This document shows, one piece after another, positions 28,479 to 44,572 of a DNA stretch of 64,000 bases (position 1 is the stretch's first letter; each line of letters starts with the position of its first letter). A model generated the notes under the pieces. That model was not told the origin of the DNA and searched no databases. It worked only from the letters and a program-made list of their open reading frames with translations. The DNA is from the human T2T-CHM13v2.0 reference genome, Homo sapiens. The stretch is from the NCBI RefSeq assembly GCF_009914755.1, contig NC_060925.1; one strand, 5' to 3'. The position numbers were made by a program, and so were the translations under genes.

Positions 28479-29174
28479 TCAAATTTTCACCTCTTAGGAT
28501 ATCCTCCCTCTGCCCCAGACACCAGGCTGTCTTTCCCAGGGTGAGTAGCCAGTGATAAGGGTTTTAGGCCACGGAATCTTTAGCAAGTCCCTGTGCAACT
28601 CAAAATCTCTGGTTCTATCAGCGTTTTGAAACTCATCTATGGAGAAGGCTGTGTTCTACCTTCTCCTCTGAGCCTGGCAGAGCCAGAGCTGACCTCACTC
28701 TCCTAAGCTCCACTGACCTCCACCTCCATTTCATACCAGCCATATCTTGAGACTCTCATCTTCATGCAACCCTACTCGTCAAACTAGATCTTGAGTTTGG
28801 GGCCTACCTCTTCTGATTCCAGCCCCTTTCTCCCTTCTTCAAGGAACAAACTCTTTGTCTTCCATCTCTGGGACTTCCCATTGCTTGACTGGCCACCTAG
28901 TCCATTGTCTCCTCCTCAGAGTCCATGAATGTCCTGGGCTGCCTGAAGTCTAGAACTGACCTCTTCAGTATTTCTCTCACCAGCATTACAGGTTCTATTA
29001 GCCCTTTGGCCATTTGCTGTGACAATCCCCAACCCTGAGCCACCCCTATGCCCCTTCTCCTCCCTGTGACAAGACCTTATAAATAGGCTTGCATCTTACA
29101 CTCATTGCCTGCAGCAAGAAACTGCAATATCAAATTCACCAAGTTATCATAATGCAAAGAAATACACTGGACTT

Positions 29175-29568
<394 letters not shown>

Positions 29569-30312
29569 TCAGCCTGGACTTTAACCCTCCCTAATTTGTC
29601 TATCACAATGTCAACAGTGATCATCTGTGGCCATACAGAACTCAAACATCAACTGAAAATAAGGAGAGCTGGTTTTCCCATTGTGGGACCAAATCAGGAA
29701 CCCAGATCACCAGGGCAACTTGTTGAAAATAGAATAGCCTATAAATATGTGTTCAATGGAATGACCAAAAGCTCTCTGGGGCAGCCAAAGCAATCTCTTA
29801 ATTAACTTGAACTAGGACTCCCTAATTACTGGAGCAGGCTAGAGAAGGCATCAGCTGTACAGGGCCTCTCCAGTTGGCTTGGGTAACATGCAGGCTAGAG
29901 CATGGTCAACCCAATCCGGGCATGAGTCACAAATAATTTGTTATTAGTAATGACCAAGGGTTCAACACTGAGTAACGACTTCTGGTCTTCCTGGTTTAAA
30001 TCATTTGGAATGGATTTGAGGTAATCCATACCAAATGTCCTCTGACTCTCATTTCCCTACGTTTTTATGAGTGGGGAAAGAAGGGGTCTGCCCGTGCAAG
30101 ACAGCTGCTCATGTGAATGTCCCTCACCACATGTGTCTGGGGAGAGTGGATGAGGTCCTGGAGGCTCTGGTACTATTTTGATTTTTCAGATCTGTGATCC
30201 ACTCTTTGAGAAGAGACTAATAGTTGTCAGATGTGTATGCCTTCCAGCAAGGTTCCACTGGAGTCACAGGTGGTGGCTGTTGACATTGGGATAGGCAGGT
30301 TGAGGAGTGTTA

Positions 30313-30683
<371 letters not shown>

Positions 30684-31057
30684 GTTGAAGTCGGCCACTC
30701 TGGTTTCTTTCTCCCTCTTTGGTTCTCTCTTCCTTCCAGTCTCTGGCATCTCCTGGTACAATAGATGTTCACTAGACTGTGAGCTCTGAGACAGTAGAGA
30801 TGGCACCTGACTTGTTCTGTGTCATAGTCCAGCACTAGCGTGGTGTCTTGCATCCAGAAGGTACTCAGTAAATATTTGTTGAGTGAACATTTTTCTTATG
30901 CTGATGGATAAATATCCACAAACCTCCAGTTTACACTCCAAATAACCGTCCACAGAGCCTGAATTTTGAGACAGTTCCTAAATCAAGATGTTTCCAATTC
31001 TCTCCAAACATCAGGGAGCCATACTCCTTCAGGACCCTGCTGAACCCATGCAGGCTA

Positions 31058-31275
31058 CCACTATCCAGCAAAACGTTGAGCAATGATGGAAACGTTCTAC
31101 ATCTGCCCTGTCCAATACTGTAGCCACTACCTTCATGCCACTCTTGAGCATGTGAAACATGGCAATGTGACTGGGGAAATGAATGCTGAATTTTATTTCA
31201 TTTTAATTTTTACAACTTTAAATTTAAATGCATTGCCATCACGGCTAGTGGGTATGATCTTGGACAGCACAGACT
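31058..31275. mobile_element. MER3 DNA transposon
   Basis: 'gcaatgatggaaacgttctacatctgccctgtccaatactgtagccacta...ttggacagcacag'. Confidence 0.85.
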
Positions 31276-32147
31276 TAGTCTGATGGGCACTAACCAGCTG
31301 TTTCCTAACCCATCAGGGAATCTGGCTTCCAATTTGATCCCTGCCACTCATTCTCAGTAGCCCGAGTGTGGTCATTTGAATTTCCAAGCCTCAGTTCCTA
31401 CAGTTCCTGAAATGCAGATGATTATATTGCCTGTTCCCCCTACCTCGCCAGGTTGGTGGGAAGATCCTATAAGATGCTGAAAATGCTTTGGAAAGTTGGA
31501 AGAGCTGTTTGGATCTCAGTTATCAGTTTCCCCATCCTTCCCAGTTCTTGTATTCACATTTTCACCCTTGTCTCATGATAGCACAAGGCTTAACTTCAAG
31601 GAGCAATAGAGGGAAGATGAGTATCTAGCCCCCTGGTAACCTGATGGAGGCCATGCCCTCATGTTCAAGCCTTTTTTGGTTGAAAGTAATGAAAACTCAT
31701 GCAAACAAGCACAAATAATAAATAATAAATGGGGGTTATTATGCAGAAAGAGACATCTGGGAAATCCAAGGGCAGGCATCTTTGGGTGGGGACAAAGGTA
31801 GATTTGAAGTCCATTTGGATCACATTGAACCCTCTGCTATGCGACTTATTCATTGATGACCGGCCAAGGACCCGAGGCATCTGAACTTAGATCTTGATTT
31901 ACACCCACTGCATCAAAGATATGTATCTGAGAACAATATATGGAGCAAGAAATGACAATTTTCCATCTAGACACAACTGTCTGATTACTATATTAGACAA
32001 ATTACTTTTCTGTGTGCCTTGCTTCAGTTTGTTTTTCTGAAAATGGGTATGACAAAACATATCATGAAATTGTATGTTTTTCTGAAAATGGGTATGATAA
32101 AACATCTCACTAGAGGGAGTGTGTGATAGAAGAAGAATATATTAGAA

Positions 32148-32477
32148 TGTCATCTATTTTTGTGCTATAACAACATACCCAAGACTGGGTAATTTATAAA
32201 GAATAGAAATGTATTTTCTTACAGTTGTGGAGGCTGGAAAGTCCAAGATCAAGACGCTGGCAGGTTTGGTGGCCTAGCCAGAGCTGCATTCTCCGAGGGG
32301 AGAAATGCTGTCCTCACATGGTGGAAGGTGAGAAGGACAGCCTCTTTCATAAAAGCCTTAATCCCAACCATAAGGGAGGAGCCCTATTGGCCTAACCACC
32401 TCTTAAAGACCCCTCCTCTTAATGCTGTCATCTTGGCAACACGTAAATTATGGAGAAGACACATTGAAAACATAGCA
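32148..32477 (-). mobile_element. MLT1A-like LTR
   Basis: 'gctataacaacatacccaagactgggtaatttataaagaatagaaatg...ggaggctggaaagtccaagatcaag'. Confidence 0.8.
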
Positions 32478-33104
32478 GAGGCCCTGATGCGCCAAGCAGC
32501 TGAAATGATTTTATAAGGCTACAGGAAAGAAAAGTTCTCATTTTTTTCAAAGATATTCATCAGTAAACTGATCACTTTTGAAATTAGTCCTCCTTCTTAC
32601 TTAACACCAGAATGATAGCCCAGATATTTACCATCCAGTATAACACAGCATCCACCACCATTCACAGGGACTCTTTCTACATGGAATGGGGTCCTGGGTG
32701 CCCCTTGCTGGCCAGGAATTTACCCTTTAGTTGCTCCATTAGGGGAGGCGAGTGGATGGGGAGGAGGTCCTCGGCACAGTTATTCACTAAAACTTAGAGC
32801 GTTATTTTACTATTTTAACAAGGGAAGGACTATACCAGTGCATATGGATTGAAAAGCAACCTGGCTTAAAGCATTAAGTCCCATTCCTCTATTTCCCCCA
32901 AAATGAAACTACAACATTTTACTGTCACCCTCTTGCTAAGGGGAATTGCAAATATTGCAACTGATATATGATTTCATAAAGTCAATGAAAGTGATGTAGA
33001 AGAATTACATAAGTCCCATTCCCGGCAATACACTGACAAAGGATATGGTAGAATTTGACCAGTCGTTATTGACAAAGATGTTGATAAGAAATATGCTTCA
33101 AATG

Positions 33105-33365
33105 AGAATGACTGCAAAATGTAATGTTGTATCCTCGACTGGATCCTGGAGCAATATAAGGACATTTTTGGAAGAACTGATGAAATCTAAATAAAGTCAG
33201 TAGACTTGAGTTAGTAGTAATGTACCAATGTGAATTTCTTAGTTTTGACAAATGTACCATGGTTCTGTGAGATACTAACATTGGGGGAGACTGGGTGAAG
33301 GGGTCTATGGAATTCTGCGTCCTCTCTCTGCAACTTTTCTGTAACTCTAAAATTGTTCTAAAGAG
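33105..33365 (+). mobile_element. Old L1M (L1MC/ME-like) 3' fragment
   Basis: 'atgtgaatttcttagttttgacaaatgtaccatggtt...tctgcaacttttctgtaactctaaaatt'. Confidence 0.75.
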
Positions 33366-34214
33366 AATGATTGAATATCAAAGAATTAAGAGACGACTTT
33401 AGAGTGGTTCATAAGACCCCTAGATATTTTTGTAAAACTTGGCTTCCTTCATGATATTGCAGTGTGTATCCAATGTGAAATGAAGAATGAGTATGTTCTA
33501 GTTTGATGAAAAAAAAAACGCCAGACGTTTTTAGGCCCTGACTTGATTCATTTTCTGTTATCTCCAAGAATTAGTGCCTATTTGCCATCAGAACCTAAAT
33601 TTTGTTAAATGTAAGATAACAAATTAACTTTCATAATTTTTAGCTTCATTTTTCAAGGCAAAGTCACCATCCCAATTAAGTGAATGCACTTAAAGTCATC
33701 TTTTCCTGATCTCAATGACATGTGAATAACTGGCTATGTAGACTCCCGCCATCCCCATCCCATTGTGTATAAACTCGCTCCCCATCCCCAGCTTTCTAAG
33801 TAGAATTCTCTGTATTACTAGGGGAGAGAGGGATGTGAAAAGTCCAAAGGAGACGAAATTGCTTTACATAATAAAGGAACTGACAGCCCCTGGAAGTGCT
33901 GCTAAGTGAAATATGATGTCACTTCACTTTATCATCCCCAAGAGACTTTCAGGGAAATCAACGTTTCGCATCAGTGCTTTGGAGGAGGAGTTGGTTTTGC
34001 TTTGAGTTTTTATGAGACCATACGGTGACACTGGCCTTCAAGCCAAATGCCAGAGTGGTCACTTAAATGTTGAATACCCCTGCAGTTGGTAATTCCTGAG
34101 CCCCTTCCTCTCTTAGGTGAGCCTGCAAGGAAAATGGGGCAGACATTATCACCCTGTTTTGTGAAGGTGAAACTGAGGCCCCGCGGGGTTAAGCAGGCTG
34201 CCTCCCTTGTTTAT

Positions 34215-34505
34215 GGACTGTAAACACAAATGCCTTCGTAGCCAGGGAGAGAGCTCTCAGGCTGAGTGATGCAACCATGGTGAACAAGAAAAGATATGCC
34301 CCATCCAAAGGGGGTTGTCACACAGAAAGTGTGTCCAGTGCAGCCCACTCTTCTGATTTTTCAAAAGAGGCCAGGACTCTGGATTTTTAGATCATACTGC
34401 CCCATGACTCTTTGTTCTGTTTTGTTTTTAACATAAAAAAGAGTTACCAAGTAAGCCAAGTCTGTGGTCTATATACTTCCATGGGATGCCACTTTGCAAT
34501 TTCTG
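34215..34505. mobile_element. MER102-like hAT element
   Basis: 'atgccccatccaaaggggg', 'tcttctgatttttcaaaagaggccaggactctggattttta'. Confidence 0.55.
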
Positions 34506-35980
34506 GATGGGGAAAATATTAAAACTTAGGTTAAGCATGCAGAGGTTCCTGACACGTTGGAAAATAAATTTGCTTTGTCCTAATATGAGTGATCTCTACC
34601 TTGTCCTCTACATGTTAGTAAATTCTGGGTCACCATGTATTTATATATCCATAAATGCATGCATATCTCCATAGAGAGAGATTCTAGCTCCCAGCTGGGT
34701 TTTTCAGTCCTGTCCCTTCTTCATTCTTTAAAGCTGCATAAATAATTAGATGAACAAGGACAGGAGCTCTAGGTAGAGATCAAATGCAAATTCTTTACAA
34801 GAACTTGCACAGTTTCTAAGGAGTGGGCAGCAGACCCCGGCACAAATATTTACCCCCCTACTCAAGTGTATAAGCTAATTATCTTTTTCAAAGAAAGTAT
34901 TCAAGTGTAGCTCTCCCAAGATCCTGCTACTTCCAAGAGTTCTTGAGTTTTCTGTCAACCGATCTCACGGAAATGTTAACCATTTATCCTACGCTTCAAC
35001 TTCCCCCAAGGACGAAGGAAATAGCTGCAAATTAGCCAGTTTTTTGAGCTAGCAATGGCAAAGGCAAAATAGATACCCAATGTAATTTATGGGACAGACC
35101 AATGAAAAGGAAACATTTCTATGACGGTGATTTGTGGATATACAATAAGTTCTTTCCTGGGGCATGTGAATATGTGTTCTTCCCATTTTTATTAAGAAAA
35201 ACACTGAGGTCAAGGCAAGTTCAGTCCCAAACAGTGAAGGTGAATCTTGAGCTTGCATTTTCCAGAGAGGCAGTGTGGAAAGGCACCCGGGGCCAGGACA
35301 TTAACCCAGAATTCACTGATAAGCCAGGTAGCCTTGAGTAAATTGCTCAACCCTTCGTGCTTCCTCTAAAACTGGCCAAGCGTTAGGAGAATAAATGAGA
35401 TTTGCTCTGGGGAGGGCTTTCGGCATTTCAGAAGATCTGGTGCCCATCTGGGGCAAAGCTTCGTTGCTATCTGAGGCTAAAGTCTCACTACTCTTACAAG
35501 TGTTTCTGTCTGTTCCAGCCCCTGAGTTATGGGTTCTAATCTCTCTTCATCCTCAAGTTTCAACTCCACAAGAAAAAGACATTTGTTTTCCTTTCCTTGG
35601 GCTGAATGGTTAGATAACTCCTCGGTCTCATCTTTAAAGGCGGCCTTCTATGTCACATTGAGGTGTTTCATCTGATGATCGGGAGCAGCCAGTGGAAACG
35701 TCCACTTACTCGCCTTGACAGCCCACAAATCGGACTTCAGGGCAGAGGCCTGTTGAGGCGATTGTCAGCCTCTCTGATACAGCATAGAACATTTCCTCCA
35801 AAAAGCAGAGTTTGACAAATGGGCCTGGCTTACGTGACCTTATGCTAGAAACCAGTGACTCCACAGTCTGTGTCTCAGGGGTATCCTCTCAACCCACAGG
35901 CTCATTTGCTCACGTAAGACCTGTGAATTCATTGGTGCTCACAAATACGAAGTCCACCAAAAAGAACTAGGGTATAACAA

Positions 35981-36240
35981 GGACAAAAAACCAAACACCG
36001 CATGTTCTCACTCATAGGTGGGAATTGAACAATGAGAACACATGGACACAGGAAGGGGAACATCACACACCGGGGACTGTTGTGGGGTGGGGGGAGGGGG
36101 GAGGGATAGCATTAGGAGATATACCTAATGCTAAATGACCAGTTAATGGGTGCAGCACACCAACATGGCACATGTATACATATGTAACAAACCTGCACGT
36201 TGAGCACATGTACCCTAAAACTTAAAGTGTAATAATAAAA
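35981..36240 (+). mobile_element. L1PA (PA3/PA4-like) short 3' end
   Basis: L1 3'UTR with G-tract; TSD aaaaagaactagggtataacaa at 35959-35980 and 36241-36262. Confidence 0.95.
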
Positions 36241-36334
36241 AAAAAGAACTAGGGTATAACAACTACAAATATTTATACATATACTTCAGATTTTAAGGAC
36301 CCAGAAAATCAAACATAGATGAAGCTATTTTTCT

Positions 36335-36546
36335 GTTTGTTTTAAATTTCAAATTGTCATTTAGATACAGGAAGTACATGGGCAGATTTGTTACATGGGA
36401 ATATTGTGTGATGCTGAGGTTTGGAGTGCAGATCCCGTCACCCTGGTAGTGAGCATAGTATCGGATAGGTAGCTTTCACCCTCCCTACTCTCTACTAGTC
36501 CACAGTATCTATTGTTCCCATAGTATGTCCATGTGTGCTCAGTGTG
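36335..36546 (-). mobile_element. Older L1PA15/16- or L1PB-like 3' end
   Basis: 'cagatttgttacatgggaatattgtgtgatgctgaggtttgg...gtgagcatagta'; TSD tgaagctattt. Confidence 0.8.
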
Positions 36547-38521
36547 AAGCTATTTGTCTTTACCTCCTGCTCAACTTCAGTGTCGACTCACCCCGGGCAA
36601 GCGGGGGAACAGCAAAGTGACATGTTGCTTAAGGTCATAGTCATCACACTGCACGACTCTAATGGGAGCTGCTCACATTGTCTGGAGTGGTGCTTTGCTC
36701 AGCCTGCCCAGCCAGAAGTGGCAGCCCTGCTCTTGGGTATGGAAAAGATGGAAGGAATGGGAAAGGAAAATAGCATTGGGTTGGGGGGGTGGGGTACCTA
36801 CTTGCAGGGTGTTTTCACATGTTATTGGCTGGCCAATAGCAGGATGAGAAACACAGGCTCCTAACTAGCTGGGTCACCGTGGACATATCTTTATTTTTCT
36901 AAGCCTGAGTTACTCACCTTTAATTGGGCTATATGACCTGTGTCATAATGTACTTTAAAAATGCTTTATCACAAACAATGTGACTCAACATATAATCTAC
37001 ATCCTAGGGGCAGTGGCATGAACATAAGTGTTCAAGATACGTGGTTGGCTGGAGATATTGAAGGGAACTACCACCCTTGCATTAATAAGTTGCATGAAGT
37101 TGGCCTGCCCTCTAACACAGTCCCTTGCAGAACAATGCCCCAAGCTTCACTGGTCTTCTAGCTCTGCTCTGGGAGATGCTTGCCTCCAAATCTGTGAACT
37201 GTGAAGTTGGCTGGTCCTGGAGTGTGCCAATCATGCCAGGGACACATTGGAGAGCTAGAAGACAGAGTGCAGCAATGCCTGTCCATCCCATGCATTGAGT
37301 GACTCATCGGTACCTTTAGAAATTTATATCAGCTCATTAAAAGGTGACCTTCTTCAGATGGAGGGGTCCCTTTAAAGTTTAATAGCACCCCTTTTCTGTT
37401 TTGCTACAGAAGTTGCTTCATACTTGCTGCAGTGATTCAGCAGGAAGCAAATCACAAGATTATGAGTCTTGTGCAATAGTTATTTCCATCCTAATGTGAG
37501 AACCATCCATTTTTGCAGCGTCGGGTCATTGGAGACCACCGTATTATGAGTATTTCACACATTAGAAATTGGCAAACAGCAAGTTACATACATTAGCGCT
37601 GCTCCTGTAAGCAAATAAATCAAATAAGGAATAAGATTATTAGATGACCAATTAAATGAAAGGACTACCCAGGCATTGTTAGTAAGACAATTAATTGTAG
37701 GTTTCTACTCATCTTCATACACTTTGTTGCCTATTAAGACAATGAATGGATTCTCTAAGATTGTGTCTAAACACATGTTTAATAAGATAGCAAAGAATCA
37801 TTATTTTTATGACTTCGTGAAATGCATATTTTTTCCAACCAATTTTGAATCAGGCTTTTCAAAGTTTAGGGGAAGGGAGTGCAAAACCTTTCACAAAGCA
37901 CCAATTGAAATCAGAAATTTAAAGAAAAATCTCATTATAAAAAGAATCACTTGGGTAAATTAATACCCAAATCTTCCTTTAATTTGGAAAATGCCTTGAA
38001 TAGAGATTTCTGAGTTGGGGGATTTTTTTTTCTAGATTTTCTCAAGGGATCTCAAATTCTAAGAACTGACATGCAGACAAACCACAAATTACCACTTTGA
38101 GATTTGGGGTTTTTTTTTTTCTTTTTCTTTCTTTCTTTCTTTTTTTTTTTTTTTTTTTTGGTCTTTTAAAGAATCTTCTCAAAAATGTGAAAAAGTGGGC
38201 TCCTTTAATCCCAAATGACTAAGAATATGGGAGGGGAGGATCAGAATGTATAAAGACCATAAAGATATGCAAAGGAGAAACATAGACTTCTTATGAAATT
38301 CAAAAGTGCTAATGTCTCCCTTCGTGCCTGGGAACTTAAAAGAGACTCTTTTAGGATCAGTTAAAGGAGGCCCTATTTTAAACAACTTTTCTTTGTGCCA
38401 GAGGTGGTATGGGCTAAAAACGCAACTAGCTTCAGAAAGGGTTTAGATAAATCCCTGGGAATGTATTTATGCCACATTATTAAGGGAAACTAAGGATGCT
38501 CAGAAGACATCCCTTGGCTTC

Positions 38522-38659
38522 TTTATTTAAAAAAAAAAAAAAAAAGATTGGGTCTCACTATGTTACCCAGGCTGTTCTCAAACTCCTGGGCTTGAGTGAT
38601 CCTCCTGCCTCTGCCTCCCAAAGTGCTGGGATTATAGGTGTAAGCCACCTCGCCTGGCC
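38522..38659 (-). mobile_element. FLAM/AluJ left monomer
   Basis: Single monomer; TSD cccttggcttct. Confidence 0.88.
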
Positions 38660-39144
38660 CCCTTGGCTTCTGATGCCCAGCCCAGCCTTCTTGGACCCCC
38701 AGGCCATTCAAAGTGCCCAGCCCTGTGCTCTGTGAGTCTCCCTCCCACCACACAGAGCACATTCTTCTACTCATCCATCTCCCACACTCAGGTGTATGCA
38801 GGAGTGGTGTCACCTAAACCTGGCAAAGGGCCATACAATAAACTTGGAACCAAACTAAACATTGATATCAGACATTTTCCCCCACAAAATGCTCTAAGAT
38901 CTTCCTTATAATCTTATTTCTCTTCAAAGCTGCTCCCTAGAAAGAAGCTCAAGATGTTCCTCCTGGGGCAGAGCAGCTCCCCAACCATTCTTTTGTCTGG
39001 ATCATGTCAATTTCCACGGTGTTACTGACTTTATTAACTTGATGCCTTTGTCACAGAGGTAGCCAGGAGGTGGTCAAAGGTTGGTTTTAAAGAATGTCCT
39101 TTCTTCTCCTCCATGTGCAACACCCACCACTTTTCCAAACAGTC

Positions 39145-39395
39145 TATAGAGTGCTGTGGTTTTAATTGCAAGCTCTGGAGACAGATTGTCTGAGTTGGAA
39201 TCCTAGCTCCACCACATGCCCGCTCCATGACCTTGGGACAGTTATTTAATGTCTCTGTACCCACAATACTTCATCAGTAAAAGGAGGATAATTATAGTGT
39301 CCTTTCTACAAGATTGTCATAAGGTCCTCCAAATGAGATGACCCATATGGAGTGTTTAGTGTATTACCTGGCCTCTGGTAAGAGCTTAATAAGCA
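39145..39395 (+). mobile_element. MIR
   Basis: 'gttggaatcctagctccacc...tgaccttgggacagttatttaatgtctctg'. Confidence 0.78.
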
Positions 39396-39397
39396 TG

Positions 39398-39810
39398 TAT
39401 CTGTCCGTATAGGCTAGGATATGCTGCAGTAACAAAAGAGCCGAGATCTCAGTGGCTTAAAAAAACAAAGTTGTATTGTTCATCCATGCTACATGCTCGT
39501 CCAGGTAGACAGTGGTCTCTGTTCATCAAAGTCACTCAGGAAACTCAGATAAAGGAGCATCCACCTATAAGTCAAGTCAGAGGCAGGGAAAGAGAAAGTG
39601 GCGAGTCACACTGGCTTTTAAATATCCCACCAGAAGTTATACATGTTACTTTAGCTCATATTTCATTGACCAAAGCAAGTTGCCAGATAGCCCCACTTAG
39701 CCCCACTGAGACAGGGAAGTATGATCCTACCATGTCCCTACCATGATCCTCCCATGTCCCAAGTTAGGAGAACCAGAAATATTTGGTGAATAAGATTACT
39801 GACCACCACC
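39398..39810 (-). mobile_element. MLT1 (J/K/L-like) LTR
   Basis: 'ggctaggatatgctgcagtaacaaa...atctcagtggcttaaaa', 'gctcatatttcattgaccaaagcaagt'. Confidence 0.75.
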
Positions 39811-41313
39811 AGAGCTACTTGATATCATGATGGTGGATCTTACATGATGTACCTTCAGGGTTTCACAAGCATAAATGTAAAATGCCAACGATGTGAAAAA
39901 GGGTAGGTTCCTGTGATTGAAATCAGTTCTCTACCCTACCCCAGCATAGACTGCAGCAAAGCATATTTTCTCTGCCTACCACAATTATTCTTTCCAACTA
40001 CGATATTCTCTTATAATACACACTGTCAATAGCCAATCATTTCTGAGCAAGCTTAATGCAACATTTCAGTCGGGTTGTATGACAGATGGAGAGAAAAGCT
40101 TCCAGAGAGAAAATGGAAACAAATTTCTCTCTTTTTCTTCCAAAGCTTAAGAAACAACCATATAGTACTTAAGAAAAATAACCCCCAAGTCCTCAGTCCT
40201 GTCAACTAGTTTAATGTGAGGGCCTTTTTTTTTCCATCCTTTATGGGGGTGAGAGGTGCCAGAAGAAGAGAAGAGCCTTTCCCCAGTTCTAAATTGTTTC
40301 CTAAATGTTTCTCGGTGATTTACGTAGTAAATAACTAAAACACACAAGGAAGCTGGCAACTTCTCATTTGATCTTTCCTGCAGAGAAAACGAAAAGGAAA
40401 GACTGCTTGGAAGACTTCAGAGGCCACTAAACTGCTTTCTATTGATTTTATACTAAGACACTTTATCACTCTTGTTGCTTTAAAAAGAAATGCAATCTCT
40501 GTCAGGGTCTAAATAGACTTTCCTAGGAAAATCAGACCCCATACTCCTACATGAACAGATGTGAAGGATGTTTATCAGCTGTGGCAAATCAACTTTGGGG
40601 AATTTTTTTTAAAGAAGCATCTTTCTTGCTGTAACATCCCAGTCCTTGAAAACATTGTAACTGAAGTCTTACTTCCTGAGATTAAACTTTCCTGGATCTG
40701 GAGTTCACCTTAAAAAGCATCTTGTCCAGTCCCCTTCCTGTGCACCTGGGAAAACAAGGCTGAGAGATGTCGGGAACTCACATATATTTACTGAGTGAGC
40801 TGGGGACAGAATCCAAGCTTAAATCAACTCTATGGCTCCCAGTCAGAGAATTACAGAATCTCAGAATTGGCATAAATTTTAAACCCCAGGTGTCTTTTCC
40901 TGCATCAGCCTCTTCCCCTGTGAACCAAAATGTCAATAGGTCTCTCCCAATGTTACCAAAGGGAAGAATAGAATGACATTTTTTTTTCCTTGACCTTCTC
41001 AATGCAAGCTACCTTTGGCCTATGTCCTGCCTATATTTGGAATACCATTTCTCCCATTTTAAGAAATTCAATAAATAGAAATGCTAACTTATAAAACTAG
41101 TAAATTACAGAGTTTTTTACTTTATGAAACAGTTCTATACAAGGTAAGGCCTGAATTCTAGTCTTGACTTTGTCATTAACTGACTATGTGTTCATAAAAA
41201 ACTGAATTCATCATTCCTGGTCTGAGTTTCTCCACCTATTCAATGGAGGGGTTGGAACAGATCGTTTTCAAAACTCCTTTAGACTGGAAATCATTTGTAA
41301 ATTGACGACATGA

Positions 41314-41651
<338 letters not shown>

Positions 41652-41727
41652 AACTCATATTTACAAAAATGAACAAAGAATACCACAAGGACAATCCATG
41701 CAACCACTACCAAAGTTAGGATCTAAA

Positions 41728-42975
<1,248 letters not shown>

Positions 42976-43909
42976 TGTTTTAGTTTCTGTCTTTCTTGCA
43001 CCTTGGGTCTGACAACACCAGCTGCCTAGCCATTATCGATGACCCTCCTTTCTCCTTCGCAGAATCCAGAATTCTATCCTCTGTACTGTGCCCAGCTAAA
43101 AATACTCAACCCACAGTCTCCCTGCAGCTGGGAGAGGACAGATGCATAGGAAACAGTCCTGGCCAATGGAATCTAGGTTTAAGTCTTCAGAGAGGAAGTC
43201 CCTTCCCAAATAAAAGACCAAACTTTGTGAGAAGAAAACTTCTGGGCCCCCCCTTATCCATACCTGTGGCCCAGACACAGGATGGTATTGGCCAGAGATT
43301 ACTTTGTGTTCATGTCTCATCCTGAGATTTCCAGGACCAACATGGGTAATGGACCCAAACTTACGAACAGATACACTGTGGTTAGGAGTTCTCCAGGCAA
43401 CCCCTTTTTTTTTTTTTTTTGTTCAGGACAAGGAACTTGCTACTTTCCTTGGACAATAGGTAATCCACCCCCACCCCCACCTCCGCCCCCTGCCATGATT
43501 TGCAACTCTTCCAGAATCCTGGCTTTGGGCAGTGGCCTCAGTTCGGTCTTCCCACCAGCGACAGGCACAAGGCCTGTATCCTGTCTCCACTAAAAACCAT
43601 GCCTCTTGGATGCTATGATTGCCAACTTCCTCAGCAGCCATGGCTTTAGCCCCCATTCACCACTCTGGTTTTCTGTTTCTTTATTTTTGGTCCCTGGAGA
43701 TTTCCCTTACTTTTTTGCAAGTTCAGTGAAGCATCTGAGAGGATGTTTGGTATATATTGTCCAACATTTCTAGATGTTTTGTAGTGGAAAGATTTTCAGA
43801 TTCAAAATGAGGGTCCCTTCTGCAATTAATTTAGTTTCTGGTTCCGTTGACAACATTCCCAGGTACGCACACCTGCTGTGGAGCACATCTATTGGCTAGA
43901 GGGAGCCAC

Positions 43910-44305
43910 TCTCATTCAACACATGTTTACTTAGACTTCTCTGTGCCAGGCACTGCCTAGGATCTGGGGATACAGAGGTGAAAAAGGAAAACCAGTTCTC
44001 TACACTCATGAAATTTACATTTAATGGGAAGGCACACAATAAACAAGAAAACAAACAAGATTTCAGAGAGGTGGAAAAGCTAGAAAGAAAATGAAACACA
44101 GTAATGCAAAAGAGAATGGAACGGGGGAAAAAAAATTAGCCAAAGGTAATCAAGAGATTTGACCTGACAGCTGCAGGTTCAGAAGGCAGCCAGGCAGAGA
44201 TCTGGGTGAAAAGGTTCCAGGTGAGAGATCAGCAAATGCAGGCTGGAAAAATATTGGCATGCTTCTGCAAGGTCAGTGTGGCTAGAGTGGAGGGAATGAG
44301 TGAAT
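43910..44305. mobile_element. L2 relic
   Basis: 'cattcaacacatgtttact...tgtgccaggcactgcctaggatctggggatacagaggtgaa'. Confidence 0.78.
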
Positions 44306-44491
44306 CTGTTTCTTAAATTTTCTATTATTTTCTTTCTTCCCAGGGTGCCAGAGCCAACAGTGGGCACAATTTACTCTTCCTGCTCAAAGGAGTGTCACTT
44401 TAGGCTAGGGAAATTTTGGATTTTTTTTTAACGAATAAGTTAATTAGCAGCAGACAAAACCTAAACAATCTAAGTTCCCTGCCTCTCTCCT

Positions 44492-44496
<5 letters not shown>

Positions 44497-44541
<45 letters not shown>

Positions 44542-44572
44542 CCCCCCCCCACCCCCTCTCCCCTTCCCCCTA
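44497..44572. repeat. (CT)21 followed by C12 and further C-runs
   Basis: Read directly; near-homopyrimidine tract. Confidence 0.95.
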
